Below, in pieces: positions 11,960 through 23,233 of a stretch of 64,000 nucleotides of DNA. The DNA is taken from NCBI RefSeq assembly GCF_964204865.1, contig NC_135252.1, positions 4,464,001 through 4,528,000 on the forward strand, read 5' to 3'. Position numbers and translations under genes: made by a program. The stretch's first letter is position 1, and the number at the start of each line of letters is the position of its first letter. The notes under the pieces were generated by a model, which worked only from the letters and a program-made list of their open reading frames with translations, did no database searches and was not told the DNA's origin. This stretch comes from Styela clava. Lineage: Eukaryota.

Positions 11960-13179
11960 ATGTCTTTTGAGTATTTGGATTTTCGAATATTGGAAGAGAA
12001 AGACCATACATTGGTTTGGAATTTAATGTTGGAGGAATATTTCACACGAGAACCTGTTTGTGCGGTTTCAAATTTTTCACCAGATGAAACTAAAATGTAT
12101 GTTGGAGACTTTGTCAATGTGAGTCACATTGCAGTGTCATCTGTAATAGTGTTTTTGTATAATAAATATTGCATAGCGTAATATTTCTTGGGGGCTTGCT
12201 CAATTGGTTAGGAATGAAAAAAGCGGTTTTTACTGTTGATTCCCTGTCAATTTTTGTAAAGATTGCTGAACTTGTGACTCGTGAACGCGCATATAATAAA
12301 TAAAGTTGCCAACTGGTCAGCTATACTAATCTCCAATCCGAATTGGCTTTACACTTTGACAATTATAAATATGTATCTAATCATTCAACAGGATGGCCTT
12401 TGGCAACACGCAAGCTTGGGAGCATTTGACAAACAGTCTCACAAATTGGTAGCAATTCAAATAAATATACTTGGAAAGAAACCAAGAAAATATCTCGATT
12501 ATGATGAAAATGGATATCCTATGCATGTAAGACAAGCAATTGGGGTAAGATAGATAACTGTCAACTCGTAATATAGGTCCCTATAGATGCACTGAATATT
12601 ATACCATCTTTCCATATCATTTTTAAGATTATGGATCATATTGCTGGAGATACCTCTGACATTATTGGGACGACAGACTACATGAACTTTATTGTACTGT
12701 GCTGTAGAAAAAGTTACTGCAATCGTGGAATTGCAACTGAACTATACAAAAGGTATTTGTTCAAACTAGTTGTTTGTAAAAACAGACGATAAGCAATCGC
12801 TTGCAAAGGGGTCAAAGAAAGCTTTCAACTACTATGAATCTTGTTCATTATCATTAAAAGTAAGACTTCGGCCATATTCCTATCAACAGTCTCTCTCTCG
12901 TTCTATCAGGTAAATTATGTTATAATGGCTCTCGCTTCAAATGATATATTCGTTAAAATACTTTTCAGATCCGAAGAAATTGCAAGGAATGAAGGGTGCA
13001 AAAAGATGTATACAATAGCAACAAACTGTTATACCCGCAAAATAACAGACAAATTCGGTTATACAGTAATAAACGAAATGAATTACGAAGACTATGTAGA
13101 CCCATTCACAGGGAATAAGATTTTCAACAATACTGCCAAACCTCACAGTAATATTGCACTGGTTGTAAAAATATTATAG
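11960..13179 (+). CDS. GNAT N-acetyltransferase, insect aaNAT-like, paralog 2
   Basis: Exons 11960-12118, 12392-12544, 12628-12752, 12969-13179, with the same three intron positions and phases as paralog 1. YFTREPV; LCCRKSYCNRGIATELYKR; TNCYTRKITDKFGYTVINEMNYEDY...PHSNIALVVKIL. Confidence 0.85.
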
Positions 13180-13471
13180 CATTACATCACACTGGGATCT
13201 CACAAAAGAGTAGTCCTGGTGCTTTTTGTGAATGTGTGTTGAGGTGCGTCAAACATAACTAACAGTGTTTTTGGAGTGGATGATCACTAAACAACACCAC
13301 AGTTACATATATATAATGTACTATGTTATTTACAAATAAATAAATATCTAATTATGATGATTGAAGTGTTATGCTGAAAAATATTTGTTCAAAGTAGCAT
13401 TTTGTTTATTAATTAATCTCAACAATGGCAAGCAATATCATAAAACCGACAGGATAACAGACATTGGAAAA

Positions 13472-16400
13472 TCAATCTTCTTCCTCTTCGTTTTCTTCAG
13501 AGTGGACATAAAGTCCTGGCCATTGTCGAACATACAAACGGGGCATTTGTCCCTCCCTGACTCTATCCATCCAGCAAGACAATGCTTCATTATAGGATTC
13601 TTGTTCAGTAGAATGTTCTGCCAGATTTTGTGCGGCTTCTCTGGAACTCCATTTCACACCTCTGGGTACAAATATACAATACCAGTGTCTCGCACCATTT
13701 AGAGCTAGTACTGTTCCGCATGCCTTAGCAATTGGCTCACAAGTTCTATCATCAAATGAATTAACTTTGTCAAAATCGTATCCATGCAGTGATGACATAT
13801 CTTCCATTTTGCCATCTCCTAAAAGTTATTCAAGTCCATCATTAATTAAAAGCCATTGAACAGAACATATATCATAAAACCACTCACCATGTTCCTGCGG
13901 TGGTTCTGCAGATGAAGACCTTCGTATCTCATTGTACCAACTTGAATATTTTCTCACATCAAGATAGGTTACTGAGATTTTTGGATCTCTGACAAGAAAA
14001 TTTATAAAAATCTCAATTATTTGAGCTCAGTGAATCAAATATTGCAGAAGCATACATACATAATAACATTTACACTTTTATCAGTATGCAATGTCTGCTA
14101 TGAAAAGCCATTCACCAAATTGATGCAATAGTAAAAAACTTAAGTACTGTTCCTTAATGCACGCACACTTGCCCAATGATCATTGTTCTATTTTCAGATT
14201 CAAATCATAATAAAATTCTCTGAAATTGGAGCCATCTTTGTCTTAAATTGGGCAAGAAATGAATTTTTGATTCTCAATAAATATCAGCCAAGATTTTGAC
14301 TTACAATACCTTACTGATCGTGCGCTTTATAAGCACCTAATTAATGTATGGATCATGTAATGGTTTATTGCCTTCACTCAAAACCAGTACCATTACCATC
14401 GTTTAATAAACAAACTGCCATTTTTGTTTTTCTCTGAATGAGATATGATAAAACATAAGAGTTTTTGGTTTAATGAGATGAGTCGATACTCCCTAAACAC
14501 CGTTTTGTCTTATAGCCCGGATGCGTCTTGTGCATTGGCGAGACCTCAATCTGAGCAATTTATTGACGGTGGTGTGCCTTAGTCCATAAAATAGGGTCCT
14601 ATAAATTAAAATTGGGAGTGTTCTGGAAATATTAAAGAGCTGTTTGCCTGTTGTCAAAATACAACTAGTGTTACACAGTGATTTCATGAGTATTATAAGC
14701 ATCAACCAACCTTGTAAAAACTTTCATGACATCACAATACTCCTGCATTATATCATGTCTATTGTCAGAATCCTCATCAAGTAGCAAAATAACAGTCATG
14801 TGACCTCGAGTTTGATTTAAAACTGCAGTTTCATAAGTGTTTGGAAGAAGTTCGCTCACTAAATCTCGTTTGTTCCGTAATCTTTAAAAATTGAATAAAA
14901 TAAATAATGTCTTATGGTTGTGTTATCATTCTATTTCTGTTTACCAAAGAATTTGATATTAGTAGATTACGTTTTTCTCAAACACATTCAGGTATAATAT
15001 GAATTTGTAGTTCATGTAGCTGTTAACTTTATATATTAAAATAGACATATTCGCTTGTTAAACGAAAAACAACCATGCATCAAGTTCAGATCAGTCTTTA
15101 ACTAGCTAATGTGTGATGCAAAATCTTTAAACAAACTCATTAAAGTTCAGAAAATTATGTGGCTAAATTTGACAAAATGGAATACACAGACTGACATGCT
15201 TGTATTTCCTGATAAATTTTCCTTGCTTGCTTCATCAAGATTGATGTTTTCAACATCTTCTTCAGTTTCTGTTGTGTCACTGAAAAAAAATAAAGTAAAT
15301 TAACCACAAAAATGTTATTTGCATGTACCGATATATTACTATACAAACGACCAACCTGTCATTTTCAGACTTGTAAGTCTTGCTTGCTGCAGTATACTGA
15401 AACACAATTGCATGATTAAATTGGAATAGGGCCAGTTGGCTGAAGCTGGTAAAAGACGACAGGTCATGGTGTGAGCGATTACTAAATAGCATAAAGAAAC
15501 ATGGTCACATTGAGAAATGTAGACCAGAACATGAGTTCTTTGAGCATTAGGGTTCAAATACACTTTATCTTTGTCATACACACAACATTGAAAAAGAAAC
15601 CTAAATAGAGAAAAAAATATATTGAGCATATGCATATCCAAAGCTAAAACTATTTTTCTGTGGGTTTCAACTATTCAAAGCATTCTATGCTTGATTCACC
15701 TAGACATTCGAATTTGAGCCAGAACTGGAAAAAGATTTCTTACTTTTGTCTGTTGTCGTCTTCGATTAGTGTTTCGGACATTTTCCTCTTCCTCACTGAA
15801 CAGTGAAATGAATAATACTTATATTTTTTAAAAATGTTTGAATTTGAATAAAAGTGAATTAGTGCATACAAACCTTGAAAACAACGAGTGAAAGAGGAAA
15901 ACGCAGAATAAAGGGAGCATCAATAATGTCATGAACTGCTTTTCACCCATTCGAGTTATATATCCATATGTAGTTTCTAGAATATCCACCATTGTTTGCA
16001 GAACTTGCAACACGAAAAACTGAAAATCAAAATCTTACACTAGAAATGTGTATGGGTATAAAAAAATATTCTCAGTCAATGAAAAAAGGATATAATATGA
16101 GATACAAAGCATTTGTTGCAAATATGACACATGATCGGCATGAATAAAATTATTTCACATTATTTTTTCTTTTTGGATTCAGGCCTGAATGCATACATAA
16201 GGAGTTGAAATTAAGCTCATAAAGTAACACCATACTAACAACTGTATGAGATTTTATGAATGCCAGGCTCACGATTGAAAAGCAGAGACCCATAATACTT
16301 TATTTAGCTTAAGCATAGTCTACCTTAAAAATTCGTTTCACACAAAATTTTCCCATAAAAAATGAAATAATACTGAAAAATTTACTGGTGCTAATTCATC

Positions 16401-19400
16401 AATCAGTGGTGACAATGACACAGTGCTTTGAAATCTTTGTAGGTGAGCAGTTTCCAGAGCCATTCTCAAGCAAACTTGAAATTCTTGTTTTGCAATTTTA
16501 TAAGGTTGTTTTAGAAAATCAATGTCTAGCCATTTCACAGATGACATTTTATTACCACGTCTCCACAATAAAAGTAGCTGAAAAAACAACAATAAATTAA
16601 CCACTCGTTGCATAAAAAAAGAACAATTTTTAGGTATTGTACATGAATATAGGCATGGAATTTTGGCAGGAAGGTGTATTTTAACTCCTCACATAGTAAA
16701 GGTGGTTTGTGTTACTGTTGGTTGAATATGGATTCTTCCATATCTGAAACAAATATCTGGTTAACAACTGCCATGATGATATGGACTGGTAACCAAATGA
16801 GAGGCCCTGATTTGTAATATATGATTATGCCATCCTATCATCTTTCCCCTCCTGGGGACAAATAAGAAAATTCTATTCCACGCTGATCCAGAGACTTGAT
16901 TAACATACACGCATGAAAAAAATTCAAAAATATTGTCACCACTTACATGAGGTTTATCTATTTCTCCGTGCTTCAGAGAACTAGTGAAAGCAGGTTGTTT
17001 TGATAAATAAACTTGCATGAATACAAGCCATTCGTTAAGATTTTCTTCTTTTGATTCTGCTTCTTCCACTAATTTCTTGAGATTTCCCGATATGACAGCA
17101 TGATCCATAAATGAGTTATCAGAAACCAGAATCATGCACAATCTACATAAAAAAGTCAATTTGTAAAGTATTTCCAGCATTTCCAGAGGTAAATCAATTT
17201 AATTCATTACGTATCACAAATATTAAGCTACCTATTAATTGTGAGCATAAGTTCTAGTTCTCTGAGTTTCATGGCAACAATTTTTAAATTAGTTGTCAGT
17301 TCACATTGAACATTACACCTATAAATCATTCCGGGAAATTGTTGCCAGGTTAAAAGATATGTTATCTTCATTATCATAGCAAGTTGAGGATATTAAAATA
17401 AGCTGGCAGGTCCTATCTTATTTCCTTCCGGATTATATGGTAAATACCAATTGATCATAATGCTCCATCAATACAGTCAGTCAGAGCTGCCTTGTTCTTT
17501 CATTGATTAGTTAGAGAAAAAATTCCCAGTTGAATTGAGCAACAGATTGCAATGATTAAAACTCATTAAATGCAAACCTCATTCATTTATTATTAAATTA
17601 AATGAGAACCTACCGAACAGAAGAAACAGTTCCATAAGGTGCAGGACAAACTTCATCAAACACATCTTGAGATGTTAGTCTGGGTACGACCACAAATTTA
17701 TTCGATGATAAGATTTCATTAATTGCTCCACGAGGCATTTCATTTGACTTGAGATTGAAACAAGAGCAGTGAGTATTAGACAAATTATGATAGCAAAACA
17801 ACATTTGTAATATGAGTTGAAAAAAAAAAGAAACTAATGAATAAGCATATACAATCGAATCAAAATTTGGATCCATTAAATATGGTAAAAAATCATCTGA
17901 TGATGAAATTCAGGAAAATAGCATTTTTAAATTGTTCAGCTGGGAAAGGAAATATGATGACATAATAATTATAAGACGACATAATCATATTTCTTCTTTT
18001 TCAATCGACAGTTTGAGGTATGAGATGACTACTTAATCATTAAACTGCCTTGCTGTATAAGACAAAATATGGCACCCATGAAACAAAGTTTCTTTTAATT
18101 TGGGAAAAACATAGGGAAGAAATTCCAAGGTAACGAATATCGATAAGCTGCATACGTCAGATAGATTTTTATTGTCATATACTTATGATTAAGATATTGA
18201 CCATACAATATAGTATAAACTTACCCCCAGTACAACTGCAGGTTTCCCAACGTTCTCTTTGAAAACTAAAAGAGTGGGACCAGTTGTGCTGACGCCATAT
18301 GCTTTTGTCAGTCCAGCTGTTTTTTCATCATTTAACTTTACATGTCCAAACTCTGAAAAAGAAAATAACAATTTTCTCCTTACTGGTAGAAATGGCTATA
18401 TGCTATCAGTGACAATTAAACTTACACAAATCTAAATTATATTCACACAAGAGATTTAGATAAACATTGGTTTTGACATTCGAGCCATTCTTAGAATAAA
18501 GGAATCACAATATCGAATAAACAACTAATAATACATAGTCACATACTGATATATCTTTGATACTTCAAAGCCATCAGTCTGTATAGTAAAGTAGCTGTTG
18601 GCTTCTCTGAGAACAACAATGCTCTGGGTTTATCATCCAATTCTATTGCAGACAGGAAGCTCTTGGCATTGTCATCAGTGATCTAAGTAGAGTAAATAAT
18701 CTTGTATCAAATTCAATTTAAGCTATCAAAAGTATTAAAGAATATAAGTATGGAAAAAGAATAGCCTTGGACATGGTGGAATTTTTTGAAAAATCAGCAT
18801 AATTTGCTGATATGAAGTATAGAAACATTGAAAATAAATGACACAATTGGTTAAGTATTCTTATGTTTGGTGGAAAATACATTTCATAAAAACTACTCAC
18901 ACAACCATTATTGAAGTTGTATTATTCGTAAATGTTTTTTTGTCATTTTAAAAACAGAAAATGCCCATTTTATGTAGATTTGCATGAGGCAATGTTGTGA
19001 AAAATCACTGAAAATGTGCAAAAGTATAACAAAGTCATTGAGCACTCGAGCCTTATACCTATATCAGCTTCGTCAATTTACAGTAGATACCATATAGCCA
19101 CTGATAACTAGTTGTTTAATAAAATGAGAAAAAATCACTTGGAAAGGCATTACTACAGAGTACAAATAATTGGCAAAGACTTCTTTAATACCAGCTAAAA
19201 TGGTAATACTACAATAAAAGTAAAAAATATAGTCATTTTTTAAAAGCAATAGATTTAAAACATAAACAACGTTCAATTATCAACCAGTGATATTTACCGG
19301 AGTAACCAAATTTGATGGAAGAAAAGAATTAATAAAAAATTTCAATTCTTCTCTTGATATTTGTCCTTTGAAATAATAAATTTTTTCTTTGTACATTCCT

Positions 19401-21131
19401 ATAATTGTTGGAACTCTTGTTACTCCCAAACTAACAGCAATACGAGATGTAAATGTTGTATCAACAGTATAAACAGCAACACCTGGAAATAAATGATACG
19501 TTTATTAATAGAAAGAGGATATTAGGATAGGATTCAAGGGAAGAGGAAAGCCGATAAGACAACCTAATCATATGGCGAAACACAGCCTCTCGTCTGGTTA
19601 CCAGATCAAGGTGGGTATGGGAATAGATAAAAGGTTGTTTGTTTCAGATGCATGGACTTGGTTGTAGATGCAGCCATACCTTGCCAGCATGAATCCGTTG
19701 TCAATACTATTGCAAAGAATTATCCCCGTGTAATATTCGGAGGGTAAGCCGAAATGCGATGGCATTCTTGGCACAACGAGGCAACCACCAAACTAATCAC
19801 AAAACTCTTTAATCAATACAGTTTATTTACTACATCTTTGCATCTAATAAGCGTAAACTCAAATATTGGAGCTTTCTCAAGCCCAATATTTCTACTGAAA
19901 TGAATAAATAGATGATACATTGCTATTCGATCGAACCAACCATCATTATTTTAAATTTAACTTATTAAGATAGAACTAAGAATGTTTGAAGAAAAAATAT
20001 AATGGGACATGGGAGTATAGCACAGCCCAAAAACCATAGTATATCTATAATTAAATTTTACTGAGGTTAAGGCAGCATGTGGTTTACAATAGAAAAATGC
20101 AAATATAAAAACTCACCAAGGTTTTCAATATCAGATGCAGCTTTATGCCAAGTTGTTCTCAACCATAATATACATTGAGCACAAAATGTTGAGTAAACGT
20201 AAATGAGATGAGGTGTATGATGACTGTCTGGTAAAATTCTTGTATAATAGTCATGGATTGAAATAGTTCGACTAGATCCTGGAAGGGGAAGATTTTCCAG
20301 TTTTAAATAAGATTTTACTGAAACAATAACGATAAGACAACTACCAATTTTCCTATTTTTTATGGCATTGACTATTCACCTTGAGAACTGAAGAAGTCAT
20401 GTGAGAAATCAGAATAACGAAAGTTGAAGGATTCGCTCTGGTGATGCCATTGTCCTACATTGTCACCAGTATAACCACCTGTATCATATTGTTCTCTCTT
20501 GTTTTCATCTGATAAAATCTGTAAAGAAAGACTTGAATGTCATGACAATTCACTTCAAGCTCTTCAAATTATCATAAAATAGGTTGTAAAATTGTATAGG
20601 AAATCTTCAGATTTGTGTTTTTTATATTAATTCAACATCAGGGGCATAGGCATTTTTTTAAAAGGGGGGGGGGGGGGGGGGGTTCAAGAAACAGAAGAAA
20701 TAATTCACAGGCAATAGCTCCTAAAACAGGAGCAGCGATTACATGAGCAGCACTATTATGATATAATAACTAATTTTCCCCAAACTCTCAGTCTCAAATT
20801 GAGGGTCCGACCCACAAACCCGCCTGGGACATTTATTGAAAGTCCACGAATCTCATATACATGAAATGGTCAAACCTTGGGCACTATACTGTAAACGATA
20901 TAGGCCTACCTCATAAGCTTGTTGTATCTTGATGAATTTCTCCTGTGCATTTGGTGATTTGTTTTTATCAGGATGCCATTCTTTGACAAGTTTTTTGTAC
21001 TTAGATCTCACATCTAATTGTGACGCAGAATGATCTAAGCTCATAACCTCATATGGATCAAAATTTATTGTTTCACATAAAGTTGAAGTCAGCAGACATG
21101 CATGAAGGATTGAACAAATTCCAATTCTCAT
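13472..21131 (-). CDS. DNAJC16: DnaJ homolog subfamily C member 16 (signal peptide, J domain, thioredoxin-like domains, TM), multi-exon
   Basis: First exon MRIGICSILHACLL...FDPYEVMSL..KKLVKEWHPDKNKSPNAQEKFIKIQQAYE (HPD motif). Internal SELLPNTYETAVLNQTRGHMTVILLL. C-terminal GTVLALNGARHWYCIF...LSCWMDRVREGQMPRLYVRQWP matches the DNAJC16 C-terminus. Confidence 0.9.
19518..19700 (-). mobile_element. tRNA-SINE, 3' partial copy in a DNAJC16 intron
   Basis: Reverse complement of the SINE tail: AGGATAGGATT...GAGGAAAGCCGATAAGAC...CATATGGCGAAACACAGCCTCTCGTC...GCATGGACTTGG. Confidence 0.85.
20638..20682. repeat. G19 homopolymer preceded by CAGGGGCATAG (possible MITE end)
   Basis: G run at 20664-20682 inside a DNAJC16 intron. 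Confidence 0.7.
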
Positions 21132-22516
21132 ATTTACAAAGTGAAGATGCTGTAAAATGCGATAAAGAGAATATTTATTACAGGAGCTTTAGAACATATT
21201 ATCTCTCTTGGATATTCTGGTTATCTCGATTTTATTACTCTATTTTTTGAACTCTAAATAAAACATTGAAAACTCAACTCAAACTGCATGCTATAGTTTA
21301 AGAATTCAACTACTTTCCTTAACACTGTGATAATAAATTTTATTCATAATTCAATTTGAAGTTACATTTCCTAGCAGTCTGATGGATTAAATAACATGAG
21401 AATTCAGGACTTCAAGAAAATTACGTGATTATGAGCCTGTGGGAAACTCAGGGAATAGACAACGTCAGTATAAATCCATGCAATGACTCAATATATTTGC
21501 TTTACTCACCGATAGAATCTATGTCTCGTCCTTTGTGTTATGTATCCAAAAAAATTAAGAAAAGACAACTTAGTTTTTAAAGCTTTACTAAAGTAAGGAA
21601 TATTGAACACAAAATTGAGCAATGATTAGAATAAGACACAATGCAAAAAACACAAAAGAAAATTAGGCGTTAACAGATTTGTGTTTCTAAGTATACAATA
21701 AATCAAAAAATAAAAAAATCCATCAGAAAAAAATTGAATATACAACACCCCATTTGCACTCAATTATTGAATTTCATACAAATTTTCTGGTATGTGGACA
21801 GTCTTACTCATAAACAGTTTGCAATCACCAACAAAAAACTACCTGTAGATGGCAGACAAAAAATTCATGCTACAGGTTCAGATGATATAAACACAAATAC
21901 AGTGAAAATTTCTTATTATTTTAACTCCATACTGAAAACAAGTAGGTCAATTACATTCTTTGATTGCAAATTTCTGTTATTGATTTGTAAAGAGATACGA
22001 AAAATTGAAATTACCGTAATTTACTCCCAATGGAAATGATATAATTTAGTTTAGAAAATTATTTCTATCTGGATCAAACAATGTAATAATGAGATGAATT
22101 TATCAATCTGCGAGATGGAATAAAAATCTCAGCAACGGGCAAGGACATATCTTGGGCGTTTTTCTGTATTGTAGACATTTTATCAATACCACCAACTTTT
22201 GAATTCAGCATAACCTGGATTGTTTCGATGAATTTCAATTATAAATATTTGATATTAATGGAGTTTTATCCATATGTCCAAAAATGAGAGTACCGGTATC
22301 TGATGATTTATGCTATGAACCCAGTATTCTAAAAAATTGGTCAAAACTAATGTGACATTGTTACCTTTTTTGAATTGTTCATTTTTATATTAAAACATTA
22401 GCAGAGCCGATATAACTACAGTATTTAAATTGAAAAAAAATTCCTTCCAATTGATTGAATTGAAATTAATTTGATATGGCTAAATATCAGCAACATTTTT
22501 ACCAACTTAGGTTATT

Positions 22517-22551
22517 GGAGTAGCAGTATTGGCGGAGTAGCAGTATTGGCG
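22517..22551. repeat. Short tandem duplication (GGAGTAGCAGTATTGGC)x2
   Basis: Directly visible. Confidence 0.85.
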
Positions 22552-22951
22552 AGCATCGTGATGTTGAGTAAATGTGATTTTTGTAGGAAGCATGATTACA
22601 AAGAGACAACACCAAGCTAAACTCAAGATTCATGTAGAAAGAGAAATATTATAATTCATGATTGAAAAAAAATTCTTTCATGTAATATTTTCATTCCAAA
22701 TTATTGAACAGTGATTGATATACAGGTTTGTAACCAGTGTAGATAAAAACATAATACATAGATGAGAATAAAAAGACAAGTCTTGCGATGCAAGGCTATA
22801 TGAAACATGGAAGCAGCCATTTTTATTTTTCACTTTCATACTTAAAATTTTTAAAGGCATACACAGAGATGAATTTTTAGTATGATGATAAGGTTAAATT
22901 AAAAAGATTCATTGACAGATGCACAGTTGGCGTTAACGCATGCAATTTTCT

Positions 22952-23143
22952 GTACTCCCGAAATGTGTGTACCAGGATAGGGTTAGGCCATAATTTATTA
23001 GGATTTTCCTCATTTTAGTTCTATTAGGGAGTTCAGGGACAGTCTGTGTTAGCCAAGTGAATAGGGACAGTCTGTGTTAGCCAAGTGAATATAGCCCCTG
23101 CCCATAGGTTTCAGTACTAGTACACATACTCCTGGAGCGCCCA
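22952..23143 (+). mobile_element. GGGTTAGG-containing MITE, copy 1 (internally deleted, with a 28-bp tandem duplication)
   Basis: GTACTCCCGAAATGTGTGTACCAGGATAGGGTTAGG ... GTACACATACTCCTGGAGCGCCC; AGGGACAGTCTGTGTTAGCCAAGTGAAT x2. Homologous to 41354-41577 and 50866-51051. Confidence 0.85.
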
Positions 23144-23233
23144 ATTTTTAATATATATATGAAACAAATTGATGACTGAGGATATCCAAATAATATAGTG
23201 AATGATAATCAGATCCAAGTTATGTAAGAAAAA

